In this document: piece by piece, positions 1 through 12,104 of the stretch
How the letters are laid out: the number at the start of each line of letters is the position of its first letter
Numbering within the stretch: the first letter of the stretch is position 1
Source: Eledone cirrhosa
Lineage: Eukaryota
Length of the DNA: 64,000 bases
Reading direction: 5' to 3'
NCBI GenBank assembly: GCA_964016885.1
Contig: OZ024743.1
Span: 28,892,001 to 28,956,000, forward strand
Notes under the pieces: model-generated
What the model saw: only the letters and a program-made list of their open reading frames with translations
What the model was told of the DNA's origin: nothing
Databases searched by the model: none
Made by a program: the position numbers and the translations under genes

Positions 1-348
1 ATGGAGCAGGTTTTTGTTTTTCTATACTAAAATTTAGTGTTTCATATATTTTTTTTTAATTTCTAAGCATAAATGGATCTATCATTAAATAATTGTTCGA
101 GTTTATTATTATTTATTACAAACAATAAACAAATGTAATATCTTTGAATAATAGTTCAAATGCATCATTAGGAAAGGCGTAACTCCACATAAACTCAAAC
201 TCAATTAAATAAGAATTGTGAACGAAAAGTACTACTGTCTCAACTACATCCTTTTTACTCAATTTCACAATGATTCAAAATATCTTTCTCTCATTTCATG
301 CTATGTAATATCTATCCAGCATCCTACTTTCTATTATATATTTTACTC

Positions 349-536
349 GGTGGATTGGCAGTATCGGTAGATGGTCGGACGCCATGCTTTGACGAATAGA
401 GTTACGGCCCTTTCCATTCTGAGTTCAAATCTCGCAGAGGTTAACTTTGCCTTTCATCCTTACGAATTCGATAAAATAAAGTACCAGTAATGCACTGGGT
501 AATTGCTGAACTTGTGCCAAAAATAGAAACAATTAT
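349..536 (+). mobile_element. tRNA-derived SINE (family S1)
   Basis: A-box TGGCAGTATCGG, B-box GAGTTCAAATC, central GAGGTTAACTTTGCCTTTCATCCTTACG..GATAAAATAAAGTACC domain and 3' TGTGCCAAAA.TAGAAACAATTAT. About 20 copies occur in the window. Confidence 0.85.
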
Positions 537-1281
537 ATATTTTACTATCATCATTGAATATGCTCGTTCCTTCGAAATTTATTTTCTCTTGGACACGCTT
601 CTTCCATAATAATTTAATGTTATGAAAAAACGATTGCACTCATTTTTTCCTATTGTTTTCTCACACTTTCACATTTGACAAAGTAAACACTTATTTACAC
701 AGTAAAACAACAAGGAATGTTTTCCAGTTTCTTGTTATCTAAATACTTTGCACTGCAAATGTTATTATAACTTCACATTTTAACAACCTTTCTGCTCAAA
801 ATAATACTGTGTTTGCTTTGGCAAAAGTGTGTAATTATTTTCCTTGGTGAAAAAAGTAATATTTAATATTTTTTTCTTTCCATAAATAATTGTTCAAATC
901 TTTCGTTATTTATCACAGTAATAAATTGATCCGATATCTTGAAATAATTCTTCAAATCTATCATTAAAAAGGCAAATCCTTTTGACAACAAATAATTGTA
1001 TTGTCAATTTACATTATCTTTTTATATTTTTTAAAACAAATTTTATTCTCATACTTCACATTTAAACAATTTTTAGAGGGAAGGAAATCGAAGATTTGAA
1101 GCAACACGAGAGATAATGGGATGATGCAGAAAAAGGCTGGGACATGAAGAAAAAGAGGAAATAAGTAAAATGTTTCTACAATGAAGGAAATCACTTGGAA
1201 AATGGGGCTTTTCCACAAAGCAAAAAGGAGCTGATCGTCAGATCTGCGCAAAGAAACAATGTTTCCATTGGTCATTCCTTT

Positions 1282-1406
1282 TCTGATATGAGTTCAAATC
1301 CCGCCGAGGTTAACTTTGCCTTTCACCATTACGGGGTCGATAAAATAAAGTACCAGTAATACACTGGCATAATTGCTGACCTTGTGCCAAAAGTAGAAAC
1401 AATTAT
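1282..1406 (+). mobile_element. 5'-truncated SINE S1
   Basis: B-box, central domain and 3' end match 349-536. Confidence 0.85.
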
Positions 1407-1801
1407 CTGTCGGTCGCAATTCCTACCTACAGAAGGAGGTGCTATTTGAAGTCAGCGCGCCCGTAGCCGGATTAGACACTGCAATTCTGTCAATCTCCTA
1501 GCCATGAACATCATAATTCATCTAAGAAATATGCCATCAACAAACATTCTATATGTATATACTATACTGATTGAAACTACAGTAATATCAAGAGGTTACC
1601 TGAAGGAACTGTTTCTTTTTAAGTTGTTTTTATGTTGTCTTTGTCTTGTGTGTGTCCCCCTTTTTTAGTTATATATATATATGTAGGAGGTGAGTTTTAT
1701 TGTAGTACAATAAAGTAATGCAGATATCGGATAAGAAGCACTCTACAGTTTGTAGGACTGGAGTATACATAATATATAAGATCAAAAGATGGTTAAAAGA
1801 G

Positions 1802-1883
1802 TTCCATGTATTTTATTATGCGCATTTCAAAAACAAATATCATCATGCAATAACATTTGTGTTTTCATCAGATAAAATAGGAA
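1802..1883 (-). ncRNA. Type I hammerhead ribozyme (inverted copy)
   Basis: Reverse complement of 3851-3932. Confidence 0.85.
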
Positions 1884-2235
1884 GACATGATATGAAGGTT
1901 AAAAACACTTGTGGATAGTGCAGTTTTAAATCAACATATGAAAAGTAGTTTTAGATTGATGTGTGATATTGGGGAAAATTCTTTTTAGGGGGGGGGGGGA
2001 TGAAAAAGAGGAGGAGATGAGAGTAAAAAGTGGAGGGGGAGGAGTATAATGAGGAAGGATGAGATAGGAGGAGAGATGGGTGATAGAGAGAGAGAGATAG
2101 CTTTTATAACTGAGAAAAATATATTGTTTTACATAGAGAGGTTGAAAAACCGTTGGAAGATAATGTATAAATTAAAAGAATTTGAAAATTAACGAAGAGA
2201 AAAAAATGTAAAGTTAAGGTTTGTATATTATTAAA

Positions 2236-2395
2236 TATGTACGATGAAAAGAAATTGTTAATATGTATTAAGAATAATATTTAAGTGTTTAATAATATGT
2301 GCGATGGAAAGAAAATGTTAATATGTATTAAGAATAATATTTAAGGGTTTAATAATATGTGCGATGGAAAGAAAATGTTGATATGTATTATTAAA
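2236..2395. repeat. 60-bp tandem repeat x~3 inside the PLE arm (mirrored at ~3340-3500)
   Basis: Unit ATATGTGCGATGGAAAGAAAATGTTAATATGTATTAAGAATAATATTTAAG recurs at 60-nt spacing. Confidence 0.85.
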
Positions 2396-2564
2396 AAAAC
2401 AAAAGTAATGTAAGTAAGGATATATTGTGAGATGAGCATGAATAAGTTAGATGAAAAGTGAGAAAAAAATAATGAATAGAGGATGAATAATCTAACGTCA
2501 AAAAATATGTTTATGTTTACGAAGGATTTTTTCAAGGTGATATAAAGTAAGAATATATAACTGA

Positions 2565-2907
2565 CACCAATTCCTTCACCTATTTTGGCTCCACTTCCAC
2601 CTCCTTTAAAGCTCGTCTTTATAATCATCATTCGTCTTTTAAATACCAACTTAAAAGAACCCACACGGCTCTCTCAGAACTCATATGGTCCTTGAAAGAC
2701 AAAAATATTAAATATAACATCTCTTGGAAAAAGGTTTCTTCTGCTGTTTCAAACTTGAACAGTTCTCTATCCAAGACTTGCAATCTCTGTCTAAATGAAA
2801 AATTTACCGTTATATCTAATTTAGATTCTATAATAAATAGACGCACTTACTTGTTTTCTCTCTGCTTGCATAAATTCAACACAACATTCCATAAAGTATA
2901 CAGCTAA
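2565..2907 (+). pseudogene. PLE GIY-YIG endonuclease C-terminal fragment
   Basis: Translates TNSFTYFGSTSTSFKARLYNHHSSF...LSELIWSLKDKNIKYNISWK...CNLCLNEK...INRR..LFSLCLHK*, with the YIG-like, R..H and CxLCLxEK motifs of PLE endonucleases. Confidence 0.8.
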
Positions 2908-3850
2908 TATCCTAAACTTTATCAATTCAGAATCCTTTTCTCAAAGGCACATATATATATATATATATACTTCTTTAAAAATATACCCATCTTTCTACCT
3001 TATTTCAAAGTTATTTATTATACATTATATAATACTTGTTACTCATTCTATATCACTCCTATTTATCACTTCCCTTTCTTCCTTTTCCTTTTCTTTTCTT
3101 TTTCTTTTAATTTCTAACCCCTAATATGTACCTTTTCTCACTGTGCCTAACATAGAAACAATTATTACACAATACAATATATTCTTACTTTATATCACCT
3201 TGAAAAAATCCTTCGTAAACATAAACATATTTTTTGACGTTAGATTATTCATCCTCTATTCATTATTTTTTTCTCACTTTTCATCTAACTTATTCATGCT
3301 CATCTCACAATATATCCTTACTTACATTACTTTTGTTTTTTTAATAATACATATCAACATTTTCTTTCCATCGCACATATTATTAAACCCTTAAATATTA
3401 TTCTTAATACATATTAACATTTTCTTTCCATCGCACATATTATTAAACACTTAAATATTATTCTTAATACATATTAACAATTTCTTTTCATCGTACATAT
3501 TTAATAATATACAAACCTTAACTTTACATTTTTTTCTCTTCGTTAATTTTCAAATTCTTTTAATTTATACATTATCTTCCAACGGTTTTTCAACCTCTCT
3601 ATGTAAAACAATATATTTTTCTCAGTTATAAAAGCTATCTCTCTCTCTCTATCACCCATCTCTCCTCCTATCTCATCCTTCCTCATTATACTCCTCCCCC
3701 TCCACTTTTTACTCTCATCTCCTCCTCTTTTTCATCCCCCCCCCCCTAAAAAGAATTTTCCCCAATATCACACATCAATCTAAAACTACTTTTCATATGT
3801 TGATTTAAAACTGCACTATCCACAAGTGTTTTTAACCTTCATATCATGTC

Positions 3851-3932
3851 TTCCTATTTTATCTGATGAAAACACAAATGTTATTGCATGATGATATTTG
3901 TTTTTGAAATGCGCATAATAAAATACATGGAA
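3851..3932 (+). ncRNA. Type I hammerhead ribozyme
   Basis: TATTTTAT-CTGATGA-[stem II AAACACAAATGTTAT..ATGATATTTGTTTTT]-GAAA-TGCGCA-TA-ATAAAATA. The core is intact, stem I is 8 bp and stem III is short and palindromic. Confidence 0.85.
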
Positions 3933-3962
3933 CTCTTTTAACCATCTTTTGATCTTATATAT

Positions 3963-4015
<53 letters not shown>

Positions 4016-4145
4016 GCAGAATGGATATTCAATTTGTTGGTAATTCAACAAATATAAATGTTTATAAATGATTCAGAGCACTCGACAGGCTTTCTGGAGT
4101 ATAATAGTCAATGATGAATGGAAACTATATTCATAAAACCATATT

Positions 4146-4207
4146 TATTCTATTATATATATTTCAAGGGTACCAAAAACGTTGGTACGCTTTCATCAGA
4201 TAAAATA
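4146..4207 (-). ncRNA. Type I hammerhead ribozyme (second family)
   Basis: Minus strand reads TATTTTAT-CTGATGA-AAGCGTACCA ACGTTTT TGGTACCCTT-GAAA-TATATA-TA-ATAGAATA. Confidence 0.8.
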
Positions 4208-4291
4208 CAAAGTGTGTTTTATAAATTTTGACATAACCAAGGAACATACCTTAACGGTTTTATAAATATAGTTCCATTTATTTAATATCAT

Positions 4292-5279
<988 letters not shown>

Positions 5280-5887
5280 GGTGGCTGCCAACTCGTTTTC
5301 GAGTACGGCCACTACTTCATATCCATGTAGGAGAACTCATACCGATGCACTGAACGAGTGTGACTTTTTAGTCCAGCCAGCGACTTGAAAACTCTGGTAC
5401 AAACACTACACCTGTGACAATTATTGATACATAGTGCTGGGCCCATGGTACCATGTGACGACAAGTGCAGAGAGATCTCCAGATATAAAGCAATGCCTGT
5501 GCCGTGAAGCTTTTATAGTGAGCAAAGACACTGCACAAAGCCAGTCCCACTCTCTTAACCAAGATGATATTTACCAAAAACAAGAACAAGTCAACATCAT
5601 TGGATACCATCAGGGTTGCAGGTGTTATATCAGAGTTTTCCTTCTCCTAGAATTCTGCCTTGACAAAGGCTAAGGGGTCATCTCTCCCGGTGATTTTGGA
5701 TGGCTATTGACTCTTAAGAACTCCTTTGCCCTGTGACAGGTTTTGTTTTTAGTCCTGCAGGATGTCCAAAGTCACGCTCCTCGCCAAGAAACCTTAGTGG
5801 GGCTGCCAGTTTAGTCGCCAACGACCCGACCATGAGACAAGCTGTACTGGGATACATGTTACCAGTAGCACCAACTGGTGACCTGAC
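5280..5887 (-). mobile_element. Non-coding retro-like element A, full-length copy, in (CATA)n
   Basis: ~610 bp with near-identical copies at 5967, 10752 and 14023, all sharing the same CAT|GGTGGCTGCC end. Confidence 0.85.
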
Positions 5888-5966
5888 CATACATACATAC
5901 ATACATACATACATACATACATACATACATACATACATACATACATACATACATACATACATACAT

Positions 5967-6370
5967 GGTGGCTGCCAACTCGTTTTCGAGTACGGCCACT
6001 ACTTTATATCCATGTAGGAGAACTCCTACAGATGCGCTGAACGAGTGTGACTTTTTTGTCCAGCCAGCGACTTGAAAACCCTGGTACAAACACTACACTT
6101 GTGACAATTATTGACACATAGTGCTGGGCCAATAGTACCATGTGAGGACAAGTGCAGAGAGATCTCCAGATATAAAGCAATGCCTGTGCCGTGAAGCTTT
6201 TATAGTGAGCAAAGGCACTGCACAAAGCCAGTCCCACTCTCTTAACCAAGATGATATTTACCAAAAAGAACATGTCAACATCATTGGATACCATCAGAGT
6301 TGCAGGTGTTATATCAGAGTTTTCCTTCTCCTAGAATTCTGCCTTGACAAAGGCTAAGGGGTCATCTCTC
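5967..6370 (-). mobile_element. Element A, 5'-truncated
   Basis: Same conserved end, stops at GGGGTCATCTCTC, flanked by (CATA)n. Confidence 0.85.
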
Positions 6371-6405
6371 ATATACATACATACATACATACATACATAC
6401 ATACA

Positions 6406-6508
6406 CAAATTTGACGGAGAGGTGCGAATTTACAGATATTCATTAAAAATTCACAGATATTCATTACAAACTTTTTATCAGGGTGTCTGGATAGTTTCCT
6501 TATCCAAA
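6406..6508. mobile_element. Short element B (~103 bp) in (CATA)n
   Basis: CAAATTTGACGGAGAGGTGCGAA...GGATAGTTTCCTTATCCAAA, with copies at 10646-10748 and, partially, 11988-12031. Confidence 0.75.
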
Positions 6509-6598
6509 CATACATACACACATACATACATACATACATACATACATACATACATACATACATACATACATACATACATACATACATACATACATACA

Positions 6599-9500
6599 AC
6601 GCGATCAGTCGCATATTTTGGTGTGGGAGACTATTTATTAAATTTAAGATGAATACTATCTCCGACAGTAATGCCACAACTACAGCCAGGTTGAATAACT
6701 GGTTATTCTTCTAACTATCCCTTCTGAAGACACCTTTTATTCGAATTCGTAGAGATATCCGACTAAATACATAATTCATTTTACAAGGATTTGCTACAAA
6801 CAGCATGGCTGAACACAACATCAACAAGAAAATTAAGGAAGTATCGAAGACAAATAACAAAGAAGGTAATCAAACTTTATTCAGTTGTAGCTACAGAAGA
6901 AACCGAAATTATAAATCGCATTTCTCTTGGAGTTGCGAACTTAATAATGGTTTATTTAATTGTTATAAAATGGCAAAAAACAATCCCTCCATTGGCTATA
7001 TGAATAGAATGAAGTTAAACTGGGACGAAATGCACCCAGAGCTAAATTATTTCACAGCGAAACAATTACGCCAACAAGCGACGTTTGTTGAACGTAAAAA
7101 TAAGATAAATATTATTAATTGTAAGTCGCCCACAACAAACATGGAATCAACAACACGTGCTACAGATCGCCATGCTACTAGACTTCCTAGCAGCCAGGTC
7201 AAACAGCGCCTTGAAACAACTATGCCTGTACCATCTAAGTCTACCTCGAATGCTGGGGAAAACACTATCGATAATAATAATAATCGAAGAAATAATAATA
7301 ATAATCGAAGAAATAATAATAATAATCGACTAAATATGACACCACGTATACCATCTGAGTCTACCTCGACTGTTGTGGAAAATACTATCGATAATGATAA
7401 TCAAAAGTATAAACAATTGAAAATTTTCCTCAACGAAATCTTCCAGAGAGAAATTAACTCATGTATAAATATCTCTCTGGCTGAACGTGTTAAAATGACA
7501 ATGGTGAATAAAAAAACAAATAATGAAATACTACGTGTTATTGACGAAATAGGGGATGACTATTTACGACGGATAAAAACCCCAACATTTTGGCAAATCA
7601 ACGCCTGTTTATAAGTCTTAGCAATGACAGTGAAGCATTATCTTGGTGATTGCAGAGATATTAACAAGAACAAAACACCACCAAAAATACCATCATATAT
7701 AACTAAAATAGAATAAAAGAGTGCTGACCTACGAAAAAACATAGGACATGTGATAATGCTCCTTACATGCAAACAAACACAAAAAAAACCTCACTCCTCA
7801 CCAACAAAGAGTGAAAAATAAAATAGAAACGATGTTTGGTAACAGTAGAACCAGAACTCTCCAATATAAGCTGATCACCCTCAAACAAGAATTGAGAGCT
7901 GTTAGCGAAAAACGCCGATACCTGAAGAAGGTAGATGAGAGAAAAATGCTTAATAAAAGATTCAGACGAAACCAAACATCAGTCTATAGAGATTTGAAGG
8001 GCAAAATAATAAGTGTCACTGAGGCCCCATCCCAGAAAGACATAGATTCCTTTTGGAGAAAAATATGGGGTGAAAAGAAAAATTTCAACCAAGATGCAGT
8101 GTGGCTAAGAGAAAACCGAAAGAACTATTGCTCCTACACTACAACAAAAACATACGAAGTAAGTGAGGGTACCCTTGAGACTGTGATAGGAAAACTCCAA
8201 AATAAGAAAACACCAGGAAGAGACATGATTGTCGGCTACTGGTACAAGAAACTAATATTCTATCGGAGGTAACTTACTGACCTCTACCAACAAGTTCTTA
8301 AGGGAGAATCACTTATACCAGAATGGTTGACATTAGCACAAACGTTACTGGTCCCCAAGAACAAAGACACCCACTTGGCAAAAAACTACCGACCCATTGC
8401 ATGCCAGAACCTGATGTATAAGATGTATACAGCCTGCCTCAACCTATTCCTCCAAGATCACTGTGAAAATAATAACATCATCACAGATGAACAAACAGCT
8501 GGAAAGAAAAGGGTTTGGGGATGTGCTTAACAACTCCTAATCAACAAAACTGCGATGTCGGAGGTGCGACAACTTAGGAGGAATATGACTACAGTCTGGC
8601 TGGACTACAAGAAAGCTTTCGATTCTGTTCCCCACTCTTGGATGATAGAGGCCCTCCAACTTTCTAAAGTCCCAGACATCATTGTCAGATTCATAGAGAG
8701 GCTGTCTTCTTCTTGGGCTACTATCCTAAGGTTAAAGACAGAGAGGGAGGACTCTATTTTCACTGATAAAATAAAATATTGCAGGGGTATATTTCAGGCG
8801 GACAGTCTCTCTGTGATATTGTTCATCTTGTCATTAAACCCCTTGTCCTTTCTGCTCAAGAAATGTGAGGGATACATCATTGGCTCACAGGACAGAAATA
8901 CGAACCTAACCCATAATTTCTTTGTGGACGATCTGAAACTCTATGCCAAGAACATGGATGGGATGAAGAAAAATCTTGACCTGGTTACAACGTTCTCAAA
9001 GGATATAGGAATGGAGTTTGGCCAAGATAAATGCTCATACATGACTGTAAAGCGGGGAAAAACAACAACCCAATCTAGCAACATTGTCAACAATGGTCTA
9101 ACTGTTTCACCGATATCTGATGAGGACTGCTACAAATACCTGGGGATAGATGAGAACATATCCTATATTGGTATCTGTAATAAAGAACTTGTAACCAGGG
9201 AATACTACACCCGATTAAGAAAGATCTGGTCATCAGAACTCTCTGCGCAAAACAAAACAGTGGCTCACAATGTGTTTGCTGTGCCTGTCCTAACACCAAC
9301 GTTTGGAATACTCAATTGGACGATAGACGAAATCCGAGCAGTTGATGTTGGAACTCGAAAAATACTGAACAACACCGGAAACTTCCACATCAACAGTGAC
9401 ATAGACCGCCTTTACTTGAAACGTAAGCAGGGAGGCAGAGGCCTAACATCAGTCCAGACAACATTTTAATGTTGCATCATACCTCTCCGACAACATCTAC

Positions 9501-10623
9501 GAACCTCGAAGCGTAGGAGCCCGCTTCTCGAGCAAGTCTATCTGCATGAAACAGATAAGATCATGAGAGTTGGGAAGGAACTCCTTGAGAGAGATTCCCT
9601 GTGTGATAATCAAACACTCACACCCAGGGATGTCGCTCAGCAGTATCGCAGTGAATCCATTGATGAAAAACTGCATGCCTATCAGCAAAAAATCATGCAT
9701 GGATGTGTTGGCAGGAAGCTCCAGAGTGAGTGTAATATAGATAAGGAAAGTAGTCTATCTTGGACCAACAACCGCTATATTGGCTCCCACTTTGAAGGAT
9801 ATGCTTTTGCAATCCAAGAACAGGAGATTAGCACGAAATACCTGATTCACAAAAGAGATAAGGATGCAGGCAAAACACGTAGATGTGATAACAAGTGCAG
9901 ACTCTGCAGAACTAACATCGAGGATATCACCCATGTCATCAGCAGCTGCCCAAAGATGTCATCGCGGTACTATCTACCTATGCGGCATGATGTAGTGGCC
10001 AAAACACTGTACAATGCAGTTCGTGAAAAAGATAGCCCCAATAATAAACACATTAAAAGCTACAACAATGTGGAATACATCCATGTACATAATATGAAAG
10101 AGTACTGGTGGAATGTTCCAGTAAAAACCCCAATAAAATGCAGGCATAACAGACCAGATATTATGATATGGGACAGGGAGAAGAAAACATGCAAGGTAGT
10201 GGAAATTAGCTGCCCAGCAGATGCCAATATAATATCAAAGATTAGTGAAAAGGAGAATATTTATGTAGAACTGATGAGAAATCTGCAGATACTCCACCCT
10301 GATTACACCTTCAGATTTATGCCTGCGATTATTGGGTACAATCCATTAATGGAACAGTAAAAATATGTAAAACATTCCCAAAATTTTGCATGTAATAACT
10401 GCATATACACATGTACAGATACAAAGCATATACACATGCACACATACAACTCAAAATATACACATCCACACATACAATAACATCCATATCTACACATGCA
10501 TGCATACATACATATCTACTTAGTTTATGTTGTGTAAATTCCAATGAGAGAGTCTTGTGTCTATGTTAGAAACCGACTCTCTCCCTATTGGTAAAACTTT
10601 GTGAAATTATAAAACCAGAAGAA
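6599..10623 (+). mobile_element. R4/Dong-clade RLE non-LTR retrotransposon, near full length, decayed
   Basis: One interrupted ORF with RT, CCHC and RLE domains. Both ends abut (CATA)n. The 3' UTR has a hairpin GAGAGAGTC..GACTCTCTC and ends CCAGAAGAA|CATACATAC. Confidence 0.92.
6805..10394 (+). pseudogene. RT-RLE polyprotein with in-frame stops, a frameshift and a C-terminal deletion
   Basis: Motifs PGRD, NYRPIAC, WLDYKKAFDSVPH, GIFQADSLS, FVDDLKLY, YKYLG, GGRGL, FAIQEQ, CRLC..H..C..RHD, RPDI..D..VEISCP. Stops near 7612, 8270, 8528 and 9467. Confidence 0.92.
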
Positions 10624-10645
10624 CATACATACATACATACATACA

Positions 10646-10748
10646 CAAATTTGACGGAGAGGTGCGAATTTACAGATATTCATTAAAAATTCAGAGATAT
10701 TCATTACAAAATTTTTATCAGGGTATCTGGATAGTTTCCTTATCCAAA
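10646..10748. mobile_element. Short element B
   Basis: Near-identical to 6406-6508. Confidence 0.75.
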
Positions 10749-10751
10749 CAT

Positions 10752-11358
10752 GGTGGCTGCCAACTCGTTTTCGAGTACGGCCACTACTTTATATCCATGT
10801 AGGGGAACTCCTACCGATGCGCTGAACGAGTGTGACTTTTTTGTCCAGCCAGCGACTTGAAAACTCTGGTACAAACACTACACCTGTGACAATTATTGAC
10901 ACATAGTGCTGGGCCCATGGTACCATGTGAGGACAAGTGCAGAGAGATCTCCAGATATAAAGCAATGCCTGTGCCGTGAAGCTTTTATAGTGAGCAAAGG
11001 CACTGCACAAAGCCAGTCCCACTCTCTTAACCAAGATGATATTTACCAAAAAGAAGAACAAGTCAACATCATTGGATACCATCAGGGTTGCAGGTGTTAT
11101 ATCAGAGTTTTCCTTCTCCTAGAATTCTGCCTTGACAAAGGCTAAGGGGTCATCTCTCCCGGTGATTTTGGATGGCCATTGACTCTTAAGAGCTCCTTTG
11201 CCCTTTGACAGGTTTTGTTTTTAGTCCTGCAGGATGTCCAAAGTCACCCTCCTCACCAAGAAACCTTGGTGGGGTTGCCAGTTTAGACGCCAACGACCCG
11301 ACCATGAGACAGGTTGTACTGGGATACATGTTACCAGTAGCACCAACTGGTGACCTGA
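10752..11358 (-). mobile_element. Element A, full-length copy
   Basis: Colinear with 5280-5887. Confidence 0.85.
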
Positions 11359-11473
11359 CATACATACACACATACATACACACATACATACATACATACA
11401 TACATACATACATACATACATACACACATACATACCTACCTACATACATACATACATACATAGGTACATACAT

Positions 11474-11668
11474 ATACACATGCACACATACAACTCAAAA
11501 CATCCACATCCACACATACAATAACATCCATATCTACACATGCATGCATACATACATATCTACCTAGTTGATGTGTAAATTCCAATGAGAGAGTCTTGAG
11601 TCTATGTTAGAAACCGACTCTCACTCTCTCTATTGGGAAAACTTTGTGAAATTATAAAACCAGAAGAA
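11474..11668 (+). mobile_element. 5'-truncated 3' UTR copy of the R4-type LINE
   Basis: Matches ~10430-10623 and has the same terminus AAAACCAGAAGAA|CATA. Confidence 0.85.
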
Positions 11669-11682
11669 CATATATATATACA

Positions 11683-11977
11683 GAGGAGATTGCAAATCCA
11701 GTATCCAAGATAAACCTTCAGCTTCATACCCATCATTATTGGAGCTACGGGTTATATACCAACCCGTTTGGACCAAAGTATGACTGAACTTGGATTTGCG
11801 GACAAACCGCGCAGCTCCCTAATTCATAGTCTACAAATGGCTGTGATAGCTGGCACCTTCAACATTTGCAAAACATTCTTGCGATTCAAGGGATGACAAT
11901 TTCTTTTCTTTTACAACCTTGCCACCAGGAAGGTGGCCGGTCAAAAAAATATACTCGAAATTAAGAGAAAGAGATAA
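11683..11977 (+). mobile_element. 3' end of a sister R4-type RLE LINE (family C)
   Basis: Translates RRLQIQYPR*TFSFIPIIIGATGYIP...LQMAVIAGTFNICKTFLRFKG*, homologous to RNLQILHPDYTFRFMPAIIG...GTVKICKTF of the large LINE. It ends at AA|CATAC. Confidence 0.8.
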
Positions 11978-12104
11978 CATACACGCACAAATTTGACGGA
12001 GAGGTACGAATTTACAGATATTCATTAAAAAATATATCATTAGCTCTTTAGTTGTAACGTTGATACCAGCGTTGGTGTTTATTAGCGAATGTGTTATTGA
12101 TTCT

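Larger units (their letters stand above)
1683..3965 (+). mobile_element. 5'-truncated Penelope-like element with inverted pLTR copy, inserted in (TA)n
   Basis: Arms 1769-2558 and 3177-3965 are reverse complements. The spacer encodes a GIY-YIG C-terminus and each arm holds a hammerhead. A related copy lies at 52087-53420. Confidence 0.85.

Noticed and set aside
349-440. tRNA-like A/B boxes
   Set aside because: These are SINE heads with no complete cloverleaf, so no tRNA gene is called.
2341-3394. Mirror-image hydrophobic ORFs at 2341-2664 (-) and 3143-3394 (+)
   Set aside because: They are by-products of the T-rich PLE 3' UTR and the palindrome.
5368-5673. Recurrent ~80-aa ORFs (MVSNDVD.. 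and MLGPWYH..) in element A copies
   Set aside because: They recur only because the copies are near-identical. There is no known domain and I could not see them preserved in the diverged copies.
5800-5887. Possible HDV-like ribozyme at the 5' end of element A (CCAGT..ACC TGTCTCAT GGT..CTAA ACTGG)
   Set aside because: P2 and P3 can be drawn, but I could not assign a consistent P1/P1.1, and the diverged copy breaks P2 without compensation.
5280-11358. Repeat-spacer or LTR-like appearance of A and B copies around an RT
   Set aside because: The context is eukaryotic and the RT is non-LTR with an RLE. There are no TG..CA ends, PBS, integrase or cas genes, and A occurs independently elsewhere.
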